Source: Cyanophora paradoxa CCMP329 (lineage: Eukaryota > Plantae > Glaucophyta). Taken from it: DNA of 64,000 bases. The stretch is taken from contig QPMI01000181.1 of the NCBI GenBank assembly GCA_004431415.1, positions 26,299 through 90,298 of the forward strand, given 5' to 3'. The position numbers and the translations under genes are program-made. This document shows positions 1 through 8,628 of the stretch, piece by piece. Under the pieces are notes generated by a model. That model saw nothing but the letters and a program-made list of their open reading frames with translations. It was not told where the DNA came from and did not search any database. Numbering within the stretch: the stretch's first letter is position 1; each line of letters begins with the position of its first letter.

Positions 1-1074
1 ACTTCTTCTAATGTGGTTCAAGAATGGACAGCACCTTTAACGGCATCGAATGTAGTTCAAGAGTGGATAGCACCATTGACTGCATCGAATGTAGTTCAGG
101 AATGGATTGGACCTTTAACAGCATCGAATGTGGTTCAAGAGTGGATTGCGCCATTAACTGCATCGAATGTGGTTCAAGAGTGGATAGCACCTTTAACAGC
201 ATCAAATGTGGTTCAGGAATGGATATCAGATTACTTACCTCTCACAGGAGGGACACTGTCAAGTAATCTTACCATCTCGGGTAATCTCAAAGTGTCAAGC
301 AACATTCAATTAGGAACTCATGGGACGGTTTTAGATGTGACTTATGACACACCCTATTATCCTATCACATCCAACACTGACCCTGCATTTACAATTCCGA
401 ATTGTCTTATAGCTGCAAAACCATCTGGCTATGCCCATCTACAAAATGGGCATGGAACAACGATCACCAACCGAGCAACATTGGCTGTTCCATTCATTCC
501 ACAATTTTTTATGACTGGTTCCTCACGGGAATCATACTATAAAATAAATCCATTACTAAATAACCAACTTACTTTGAAAGCATCTGACAACCCCAATTCA
601 TCCATTCATTTGTTTTCAAACAGAAATGATACTGTGGATTGGAGTGAGGGAATAACAATATTTAGTGTGTGTAGTGTGAGGTCACTTACATTGGTCCATG
701 CAGTGTTTGGCGTGTTTAATTATAATGTGCATGAAGTAAGGTATGGCACACACATAGATTGGTTTGTGAACCCACCTGTTTGCAAATGGGGCATGAATAG
801 ATATGTCCATGTTGCTGATGGGGTTAACATGCAATATGGAACACCAACATATAGTAATCTCCCAACTGTCTATATGCCTTATGAGGAATATGCAAATTAC
901 AAATTTGCATACTGGGACACAACCATTACTTCAAACAGCATATCATATTCAATGAATGGGAAGCATTTAGGAACTGTTGCTGGTAACTGGCTTCCACCAT
1001 CATCATTTAATAATTTAGGACCTGCAAATATTGGGGAGAGTTTGCAGAACTACTTGTTTTCAATAGAGCCTTGA
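1..1074 (+). CDS. Fibre/adhesin protein segment 1 (open from window start; 13-aa repeats, YLPLTGGT motif, LamG/concanavalin-like module); continues into the next ORF by a -1 shift
   Basis: Frame open from base 1 (TSSNVVQEW...). The -1 frame at 1035-1070 reads GEFAELLVFNRAL, matching GEYIIFNRAL of the second module. Confidence 0.7.
   Translation, partial: TSSNVVQEWTAPLTASNVVQEWIAPLTASNVVQEWIGPLTASNVVQEWIAPLTASNVVQEWIAPLTASNVVQEWISDYLPLTGGTLSSNLTISGNLKVSSNIQLGTHGTVLDVTYDTPYYPITSNTDPAFTIPNCLIAAKPSGYAHLQNGHGTTITNRATLAVPFIPQFFMTGSSRESYYKINPLLNNQLTLKASDNPNSSIHLFSNRNDTVDWSEGITIFSVCSVRSLTLVHAVFGVFNYNVHEVRYGTHIDWFVNPPVCKWGMNRYVHVADGVNMQYGTPTYSNLPTVYMPYEEYANYKFAYWDTTITSNSISYSMNGKHLGTVAGNWLPPSSFNNLGPANIGESLQNYLFSIEP
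8..228 (+). repeat. 39-bp coding tandem repeat (SNVVQEWIAPLTA), about 5.5 copies
   Basis: Repeated aatgtggttcaagagtggatagcacctttaacagcatc units. Confidence 0.9.
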
Positions 1075-2000
1075 CCGAGATTGAGAAGCAACAGGTGAGG
1101 TATTATATTCAGCAGATGTATGGATTTCCTATAACTCAACCTCTTTACTATCCTGATAATATGCGAATATCAGCAAATTATCTCTATCTAAACAACTTAC
1201 ACATTGGTTCAAATGCTATCATTCCAAACTATACCACATCAAATGTGGTTCAAGGTTGGATACAGAACCACACACCTGCGTGGTCAAATATCACAGATAA
1301 ACCATTAACTTTTGCTCATGATGCTCATTCTCACACAAAGTCAGAGATAACAGATTTCGCCCATTCTCACACAAAGTCAGAGATTACAGATTTTGCACAC
1401 ACCCATTTATGGGCAGATCTCACAGACAAACCGCTCACGTTTACTCCTTCTGCGCACACTCACACAAAATCACAAATAACAGATTTTGCCCATTCTCATA
1501 CGAAGTCAGAGATTACAGATTTTGCACACACCCATTTATGGGCAGATCTCACAGACAAACCGCTCACGTTTACTCCTTCTGCGCACACTCACACAAAGTC
1601 TCAAATTACAGATTTCGCCCATTCTCATACAAAGTCAGAGATAACAGACTTTGCCCACACTCATTTATGGAATGACATCACAGACAAACCATCAACGTTT
1701 GCCCCTTCTGCGCACACTCATGATTACTTGCCTCTCACAGGAGGAACAATTTCCTCAAATCTTACGATTTCATCCAACTTGAATGTTATAGGAAAAATTC
1801 AAATTGGAGACAAAAATACAAACATTGATGTATACTATGACGCACCCTATTATCCTGTTACTTCTAATACAGACCCCGCTTTTGCCATACCAGATTGCCT
1901 CTTAACAATAAGATTAGATGTTGTCCCTGTCGGCATAAACATCAGTCACGCCTTTATTGCAAATAGAGCAACTACGGCAATTCCCTTTATTTCCGGGTAA
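1071..2000 (+). CDS. Fibre protein segment 2 (His-x-His phage-tail-like repeats, second YLPLTGGT module start)
   Basis: HTHTKSQITDFA and HLWADLTDKPLTF repeats. YDAPYYPVTSNTDPAFAIPDCL parallels YDTPYYPITSNTDPAFTIPNCL in segment 1. Confidence 0.7.
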   Translation: MTEIEKQQVRYYIQQMYGFPITQPLYYPDNMRISANYLYLNNLHIGSNAIIPNYTTSNVVQGWIQNHTPAWSNITDKPLTFAHDAHSHTKSEITDFAHSHTKSEITDFAHTHLWADLTDKPLTFTPSAHTHTKSQITDFAHSHTKSEITDFAHTHLWADLTDKPLTFTPSAHTHTKSQITDFAHSHTKSEITDFAHTHLWNDITDKPSTFAPSAHTHDYLPLTGGTISSNLTISSNLNVIGKIQIGDKNTNIDVYYDAPYYPVTSNTDPAFAIPDCLLTIRLDVVPVGINISHAFIANRATTAIPFISG

Positions 2001-2035
2001 CCTTCCCATGGTCAGGATACAACACAATAACTCAA

Positions 2036-3607
2036 TTGAGATCTGATTACAATAACCGAAACATTGCCCAACAACCTACTTATTCATATACAAGCCGGGA
2101 ATTTGGAATGCCGTATCCCGTAACTGTGGATTGGTCAAAAGGTATCACCATCTTCTTTGCAGGTTCTTATAGATTTTGGGGACCGTGGGTAGATCTCTTA
2201 AATTTTAGTTCACCAGATGGAACTAATAAAGTATCCTTTGGGACAACAGGTAGCAGTATGGGTATACATTCTTATACAAGCAATGGTGTGACTTACCCAG
2301 CAGCACACTTAAATTATCCCACATCGTATTCTGAGTTGTCGCCGAATCATTGGGACTTTACAGTTTCTTCAAATGTCTGCACTTTCGGATTTAACGGACA
2401 AGATTTAGGCACAGTCATTACAGAAGTGGATTATCTTCCACCTTCCACTTTTAGTAGGATGGGTGTTGCCTATTTCATTACGGCAGTAGGGGAATATATT
2501 ATATTCAACAGAGCATTGACATTTGATGAAAGGCAAAAAGTGAGATATTATATGCAAGATTATTTTGGCTTTCCAAAAAAGCAAACAATCGTTATTCCTG
2601 ATAATCTACGCATTTCTGCTGAAAATGTTCATATTAGAAATTTAATCGTTTCTTCAAATGCAAGCATTCCAAACTATACCACATCAAATGTGGTTCAAGG
2701 TTGGATACAGAACCACACACCTGCGTGGTCAAATATCACAGACAAACCGTTAACGTTTGCTCCTGATGTTCATACTCACACAAAAGACCAAATATCAGAC
2801 TTTTCCCATTCTCATTTATGGAATGACATCACAGACAAACCGTTAACCTTTGCTCCTGCTGCCCATTCTCATTTATGGAACGACATCACCGATAAACCAT
2901 TAACCTTTGCTCCTGATGCTCATTCTCATGCATGGACAACCATTACAGGTAAACCATTAACCTTTGCTCCTGATGCTCACACTCACACAAAGTCTCAAAT
3001 AACAGACTTCGCCCACAATCATTTATGGGCGGACATCACAGACAAACCGTTAGCGTTCACTCCTACTACTCACACTCACACAAAGTCTCAAATTACTGAT
3101 TTTGCCCACACTCATTTATGGGCGGACATCACAGACAAACCGTTAACATTTGCTCCTGCTGCTCACTCTCATTTATGGGCGGACATCACAGACAAACCAT
3201 TAACATTTGCACCTGCTGCTCATACTCATGATTGGATAGGTATTACAAATAAACCTTTGCTGTTTCCGCCCGATGCTCATACACACCCTTGGAGTAGTAT
3301 AACAGAAAAACCATTAACATTTCCGGCAACAGCTCACACTCATTTATGGAATGATATTACAGACAAACCAACATTTGCAACTGTTGCGACAACCGGAAAT
3401 TATGATGATTTAATTAACAAGCCAACATACACAGCGCCCACAAATTTTGACGCTACAAGTATTATTTCCACAGATCGCACAGGTGATTGGAGAAATTACA
3501 ACGGAGGAATATTGACAGGGGACACAAATACTTGGGCGAACACATGGGCTGCTTCTGATGAAGATTGTAGTAGCTGTAAAATGTATTGGAATGTCCAACA
3601 GGAATGA
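2036..3607 (+). CDS. Fibre protein segment 3 (second lectin-like module, long HxH repeat shaft, FATVATTGNYDDLINKP motif)
   Basis: TVDWSKGITIF and EYIIFNRALT duplicate segment 1. Many HLWxDITDKPLTFAPxAH repeats. Confidence 0.7.
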   Translation: MRSDYNNRNIAQQPTYSYTSREFGMPYPVTVDWSKGITIFFAGSYRFWGPWVDLLNFSSPDGTNKVSFGTTGSSMGIHSYTSNGVTYPAAHLNYPTSYSELSPNHWDFTVSSNVCTFGFNGQDLGTVITEVDYLPPSTFSRMGVAYFITAVGEYIIFNRALTFDERQKVRYYMQDYFGFPKKQTIVIPDNLRISAENVHIRNLIVSSNASIPNYTTSNVVQGWIQNHTPAWSNITDKPLTFAPDVHTHTKDQISDFSHSHLWNDITDKPLTFAPAAHSHLWNDITDKPLTFAPDAHSHAWTTITGKPLTFAPDAHTHTKSQITDFAHNHLWADITDKPLAFTPTTHTHTKSQITDFAHTHLWADITDKPLTFAPAAHSHLWADITDKPLTFAPAAHTHDWIGITNKPLLFPPDAHTHPWSSITEKPLTFPATAHTHLWNDITDKPTFATVATTGNYDDLINKPTYTAPTNFDATSIISTDRTGDWRNYNGGILTGDTNTWANTWAASDEDCSSCKMYWNVQQE

Positions 3608-4581
3608 AATCTTGTTATATCTATTATGCTTGTCATTACAATTGTAGATACTTTGATGTGGTGGGAATTTATCCTCCAACAACTGTGTATACATATTTAC
3701 GAGTAAATGCCTATTCTACTGCAATCGACCCATCAAAGGAATTCAAACAGTATGTTGGAATAAATTGTGAAGGACTAACCAAAGTTGGTGTTCATGGACA
3801 GAAAGGAAGAATTTATTTACCCGGTCCAATTGCTGTTGGATGGAGCAAAAACCCTGCTGTAACTTCACACAGTGGTTACTGTCATTGGGATAATATCTTC
3901 GGAAAACCAACAGCTTCAACATCTGTCGGTCCTCACTCACACAGCAAAGCAGATATCACAGATTTTGCACATACTCACACAAAGGCAAATATTACAGATT
4001 TTGCCCATACTCACACTAAATCAGAAATCTCAGATTTGCCTTCTTTTGATCCATTCACAGCCAATACGATCACAGCAAATAATACTATGTATGTAGGATC
4101 GGGTTCAATAGTAACTCCTGCATCACCCACAAACCAAGAAACATGGTTCTTCCACAATTCCGCAAACTTTTATGATAAAACACTGCTCTGTCGTGGAAAT
4201 GCTTATGCAAGAGCATTTTATGCGATGAATGCAGGAACCACAAACACAATCAGCCAAGTTCCATCTTGGTATGATATAGAAAGACGTTTCAAATCAGGAA
4301 AATATCAAGCCACAAGTGGTGTTATAAGCGCGGGTCAAACAACACAGCATGCATATGTTTTATATTGGGACCCACCTTTTTACACTCAGACACCTGTTGT
4401 AAATGCCACACTTCAAGGAACTCCTGCAACAAACCCAGGGGATGTAGATTTTAGAATTGGAATCTCAAACTCCACAGCTAACTACACAACAATCTATGTG
4501 ACATTCATAGCATCCCCTACTCTATCTGAAAGTCGAAGTATCACATGCACTATCCATTGGACATGTCATGGTATACCATAA
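3586..4581 (+). CDS. Fibre protein segment 4, C-terminal (HxH repeats, putative head domain)
   Basis: Same HTHTKANITDFA repeats. The C-terminus FYTQTPVVNATL...IHWTCHG resembles small beta-sandwich fibre-tip domains (inference). Confidence 0.65.
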   Translation: MECPTGMKSCYIYYACHYNCRYFDVVGIYPPTTVYTYLRVNAYSTAIDPSKEFKQYVGINCEGLTKVGVHGQKGRIYLPGPIAVGWSKNPAVTSHSGYCHWDNIFGKPTASTSVGPHSHSKADITDFAHTHTKANITDFAHTHTKSEISDLPSFDPFTANTITANNTMYVGSGSIVTPASPTNQETWFFHNSANFYDKTLLCRGNAYARAFYAMNAGTTNTISQVPSWYDIERRFKSGKYQATSGVISAGQTTQHAYVLYWDPPFYTQTPVVNATLQGTPATNPGDVDFRIGISNSTANYTTIYVTFIASPTLSESRSITCTIHWTCHGIP

Positions 4582-4630
4582 TTAACTCACAGATCGCTTT
4601 ATTTTTCTAATCTTCTTAGTAAAAGAAGCA

Positions 4631-5476
4631 ATGGGTGAATACAACCGAGTCCAATTACCGGTTTACGCATTGGGTGCGCCCGCAATTCATTTCAGACAAC
4701 ATGAAGTATCCGATGAGATTCGTGGTATGGAATCAACAGAACGCGCAAACTCAGGAAATGCGTTCGATAAAAACAGTGTGATTCGCGTAAAAGAACTACG
4801 AGCCGATAAGAATTCGGGTGTGGTAAAAACAACTCAATTATTGGTTACAAATGCGAATTTTCAATCAGCAAACGGAGAACCCGATGCGTATGGTGTAGAT
4901 ATCAAAGCATTCCAATTCGACAATACGCGAGCCGCCGCCGTTATCCGATCAGGAGGCGCTGTTATTGGTGGTGGATGCCGAGTATCCGGAATGCTTGGCT
5001 CTTCTGCTGCGTTTAACGATATTCCGGACACCTTACCTGAACATGCAGATAATCCCCAACGAATGCGTATGTTTCTTCCATGTGGAGATTCCCCATATGC
5101 TTTTGCTATCATACGAGCAAATGTAAATATAAATGATGCTACCCAACCCCAAGGTATTGACGGACCTTGGAAAATGGCTGATCAACTTTTACCGAAAGCG
5201 ATTTACTCCATGTGTCGCTCTCAGAATGGAGGTGTAGAAGGATATACATTCATTGTTCAAGCGGTAGGTCATGGAGGGCGTGGATGGGTTATAAGAAATC
5301 CTGCAACACAACCCAACACTTTTGATTTTTGGGCATCTGAGGTTGGAGGTTATGATATTATGATTTATGGATATCGTAATGATGAGGCGGCATGGGCTGT
5401 TGCTAACTGCATAAATCCCGATGCTCAACTATCGAATTTCTATAATGAACCATACCCCGAAGATCCCGTCCCATAA
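4631..5476 (+). CDS. 281-aa viral structural/fibre-associated protein (paralog A)
   Basis: Intact ORF. SGGAVIGGGCRVSG fibre-type motif; C-terminal LPKAIYSMC...VQAVGHGGRGW...YDIMIYGYRND resembles a C-terminal domain common on viral fibre proteins. Confidence 0.75.
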   Translation: MGEYNRVQLPVYALGAPAIHFRQHEVSDEIRGMESTERANSGNAFDKNSVIRVKELRADKNSGVVKTTQLLVTNANFQSANGEPDAYGVDIKAFQFDNTRAAAVIRSGGAVIGGGCRVSGMLGSSAAFNDIPDTLPEHADNPQRMRMFLPCGDSPYAFAIIRANVNINDATQPQGIDGPWKMADQLLPKAIYSMCRSQNGGVEGYTFIVQAVGHGGRGWVIRNPATQPNTFDFWASEVGGYDIMIYGYRNDEAAWAVANCINPDAQLSNFYNEPYPEDPVP

Positions 5477-5495
5477 TTATGTTTCGATATATTAA

Positions 5496-6339
5496 ATGGC
5501 TGCACCTGCACCACCTGAACGCATCTTAACTGCGCAACTATCGTTAGCTGCGCCCGCAAACCACGTATTACAGCATGCTATTATCGATAATATCGATGGT
5601 CTCGAATCCACAGAAATCGCACCAACTCTCAATACCTTCGGTGATACTCATATGCTGAGACTGAGAGAGTTGCGATGTGACACCAACAGTGGAGTGGTGA
5701 AAACAACGAGACTTCTTGTAACAAATGCGAACTTCAACGCTCATTATGGAGATCCCGACAGTTACAATGATGATAATAAGGTTACCAACTTTGCTTACGA
5801 AGCAAGAAGGGCGCAATTAAATGTAGATCCGGAGGCGCTTATATTGGGGACGGACTAAGAGTTGGTGGTATCATTGGAGCGCCTCTAATCGTAAATGACC
5901 AACCCAATCCTGATGATGAAAACACGAGAATTAGAACGTATTGCCCGGGTATGAATGAACCTTACATTATTAAAATAAACACGATTATAATAAACCTGCA
6001 AACTGCCGTAATTGACATAATAGAACCGCTGGGAAACCATTACAGATATACCGAAAAGCTACCTGCGGATATTTATGCATTATGTAGGAGAACCGATGTA
6101 GCAAGACCACGTATTACAGTTCAAGTAGTCCCCGTCGATAATTTTGGTCTTGCTTTCCATTCATTGCCTCTTTTGGATACGCAAGATGATGAATATATAA
6201 TTAGGGCAACACAACAAGGAACATTCACGGTTATTATGTATGCCGAAAGAAACGATGCAATCGCAAGAGGAAACCGCTATGGTCAATATCTAACCACAAA
6301 TCTCTATAATCCATCGGCGGTAGCGATCCGCTACCATAA
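5496..6339 (+). CDS. Paralog B of the 281-aa protein, with two single-base frameshifts (~5825, ~6324)
   Basis: RELRCDTNSGVVKTTRLLVTNANF matches KELRADKNSGVVKTTQLLVTNANF. The shifted frames give RSGGAYIGDGLRVGG and the end DPLP* (paralog A ends DPVP*). The repaired length is 846 nt, identical to paralog A. Confidence 0.72.
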
Positions 6340-6360
6340 ATCTACGGTATATATAGAGGA

Positions 6361-6633
6361 ATGGATGAAAAAACAAGGAGATTTATTGAGTCTGCGATAA
6401 TGGTTCATGGACTTGATAAGTTTGATTACACCGAAACTGTCTATAAAAAGGCGCAAGAGAAGGTATCTGTGAGATGCCTGCAATGTAATAAAGTCTTTCA
6501 GACTTATGGATTTAACCATATAAAGGGGTCAGGATGTAGACAGTGTTCTAAGAAACACTCTCATGCATACAGAAAAAAGACTACATGGGGAATCGTAATA
6601 GAAGAGAAACCGATTATGTTATATTTTGATTAG
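6361..6633 (+). CDS. Stand-alone zinc-ribbon protein (DUF723-like module usually attached to homing endonucleases)
   Basis: FIESAIMVHGLDKFDYTETVY...KVSVRCLQC...F...NHIKGSGCRQC follows the HGxKYDYSKVxY...C..C...NH..G.GC..C pattern. Confidence 0.7.
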   Translation: MDEKTRRFIESAIMVHGLDKFDYTETVYKKAQEKVSVRCLQCNKVFQTYGFNHIKGSGCRQCSKKHSHAYRKKTTWGIVIEEKPIMLYFD

Positions 6634-6779
6634 AGTTTCGAAAGAGAAATGAGCATCTTTCCGCATTTACCTTTGGTTATTATGCAAGTATCAAAGCAAT
6701 TCGGACATGTCTTATGATAATGGAGCATTATGATATCGACCAACTCATACGGAAATACTTTCGCTAAGATGGTTCGCAT
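6630..6779 (-). CDS. 49-aa Cys-containing mini-protein (below the ORF-track cutoff)
   Basis: ATG at 6779 to TAA at 6630 gives MRTILAKVFPYELVDIIMLHYHKTCPNCFDTCIITKGKCGKMLISLSKL. It fills the gap, and its stop overlaps the stop of the convergent ORF. Confidence 0.5.
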   Translation of the reverse strand: MRTILAKVFPYELVDIIMLHYHKTCPNCFDTCIITKGKCGKMLISLSKL

Positions 6780-6819
6780 CCTACCAATTTCGTTTTTTAT
6801 TTTTCTATATAATTCATAA

Positions 6820-7218
6820 ATGAATCATCGCGGTTCCCATGTAATGTTAGATTACAAGTTCAATCATCCATTGATGGTGGGATTGGAAAACTTGGAGACC
6901 ACAACAACGTGGTTAATGCAATTTTTACAATCTATTATACAAGAGCAAGGTATCCGAGTTGTTCACAAGCATTGCGAGATTTTCGATGGTGGTGTTTCGC
7001 CACCGGGTTTTGCGATGGTATTACTTCTTGATGAGAGCCATTGCACCGCTCATTGTTACTCTGACCAAGGAATGTTAGCGATTGATGTATTCACTTGCGG
7101 AACCGAAGCGCAAAGTAAGACCTCCGTAATATCTAAATTGATAGATGAGAGAATAACAGAGATCTTTTCAGGGTTGGAGAAAGCGGAGAAGCAGATAGCA
7201 GCGCGATTTCCGAGTTAA
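6820..7218 (+). CDS. speD: Prokaryotic-type (short, class 1) S-adenosylmethionine decarboxylase proenzyme homolog
   Basis: N-terminal GxH..LD, PxG...LLLDESH (autocleavage Ser giving the pyruvoyl group), H in TAHCY, and AIDVFTCG. The 132-aa length is typical of SpeD/SpeH. Confidence 0.85.
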   Translation: MNHRGSHVMLDYKFNHPLMVGLENLETTTTWLMQFLQSIIQEQGIRVVHKHCEIFDGGVSPPGFAMVLLLDESHCTAHCYSDQGMLAIDVFTCGTEAQSKTSVISKLIDERITEIFSGLEKAEKQIAARFPS

Positions 7219-7266
7219 TCACACTGAGATTTTGAAGAAATATAACATGTCTTATTGAATATCGTC

Positions 7267-7541
7267 AGGTGTAACAGGTGTAACAGGTAAATCCCAAACT
7301 TCGCTCCTAGGGAGGCCAAAAACCCAAAACTTTGGGATTTACCTGTTACACCTGTTACACCTTGGGATTCACCTGTTACATCTATCAAACAAAGCATTAA
7401 TATATTCGATTCCTTACATTGATTATAGTGTCATGTAACAGGTGTAACAGGTGTTTCCCAAACTTTCCTCATAGGAGATGAAAAATCCAAAACTTTGGGA
7501 TTTACCTGTTACACCCGTTACACCTTGGGATTCACCTGTTA
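7267..7541. repeat. Two copies of an iteron-containing inverted-repeat unit (TGTAACAGG/CCTGTTACA); origin-like
   Basis: Perfect 32-bp inverted repeat 7267-7298/7331-7362 with a 32-nt loop; degenerate second copy at ~7434-7541. Confidence 0.85.
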
Positions 7542-7550
7542 CACATTGAT

Positions 7551-8335
7551 TATCGACTGTTTAATTGGACATGTTACACTTGAAACACAATTTTGATACA
7601 GTAAAAAACAGAATCCAATCTTATCAATTGTTTAATTGGACATAATGCAACTCTGGGGTCATTTTTGATACAGTAAAAATCTCAACCGAATCTCATCGAT
7701 TGTTTAATTGGACATAATGCAGTAACCATCTCTTCCAACAAAATACGCCGCAATCTCATCAATTGTTTAATTGGACATAATGCAGTAACCATCTCTTCCA
7801 ACAAAATACGCCGCAATCTCATCGATTGTTTAATTGGACATAATGCAGTAACCATCTCTTCCAACAAAATACGCCGCAATCTCATCGATTGTTTAATTGG
7901 ACATAAGGCAGTAACCATCTAATCCAACAAAATACGCCGCAATCTCAACGATTGTTTAATTGGACATAATGCAGTAAGGAGTGAATTATTTTCATCCGAT
8001 ATTTCATCGATTGTTTAATTGGACATAATGCAGTAACGAGTGAATTATTTTCATCCGATATCTCATCGATTGTTTAATTGGACATAATGCAGTAACAAGT
8101 GAATTATTTTCAACCGATATATCATCGATTGTTTAATTGGACATAATGCAGTAACCATCTCTTCCAACAAAATACGCTGCAATCTCATCGATTGTTCAAT
8201 TGGACATAATGCAGTAACGAGTGAATTATTTTCAACCGATATATCATCGATTGTTTAATTGGACATAATGCAGTAACGAGTGAATTATTTTCAACCGATA
8301 TTTCATCGATTGTTCAATTGGACATAATGCAACTC
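7551..8335. repeat. 13-copy array of a conserved core (catcgattgtttaattggacataatgcagtaac) with three recurring linker types
   Basis: The TGTTTAATTGGACA core starts at 7558, 7629, 7701, 7764, 7827, 7890, 7953, 8012, 8071, 8130, 8193, 8252 and 8311. Periods are 71,72,63,63,63,63,59,59,59,63,59,59. Confidence 0.92.
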
Positions 8336-8380
8336 TGTGTGAATTTTTGCGATTTCCGATAGAATGGGCGGTGGACTACT

Positions 8381-8628
8381 TCAATCGTGATTATATCAAT
8401 CGTGATTATATCATAAATTTATGTTCCTTCAATCGAGATTATATCAAATTTGCATAAAATACATATTAATCGCGTTTATATCAATAAATTAATCGATATT
8501 ATATCAATTGTTTAATCGAGATTATTAAAATTTAATATAAAAATACATATTTATCGATTAATTTATACATATTTATTAACATGAAAATACATATTTATCG
8601 ATTAATTATACAAATTTATTTAAGAAAA
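8381..8628. repeat. Very AT-rich sub-terminal stretch with repeated AATCGNGATT-like palindromes
   Basis: tcaatcgtgattata x2, aatcgagattat variants, aaaatacatatttatcgattaatt x2. Confidence 0.75.

Noticed and set aside
8-266. ORFs 8-205 (-) and 24-266 (+)
   Set aside because: Alternative-frame shadows of the 39-bp coding repeat.
229-4581. Diversity-generating retroelement acting on the fibre
   Set aside because: No reverse transcriptase and no repeat pair differing only at adenines was seen.
1013-6339. Programmed -1 ribosomal frameshifting at the ORF breaks
   Set aside because: No consistent X XXY YYZ slippery heptamer was seen at the five sites, and paralog A is unbroken; single-base deletion is simpler.
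7215-7918. ORFs 7215-7397 (-) and 7682-7918 (-)
   Set aside because: They are translations of the iteron and 63-bp repeats; neighbouring 59-bp units break the frame.
7551-8335. CRISPR array
   Set aside because: Spacers are not unique (three recurring types), and there are no cas genes in the window.
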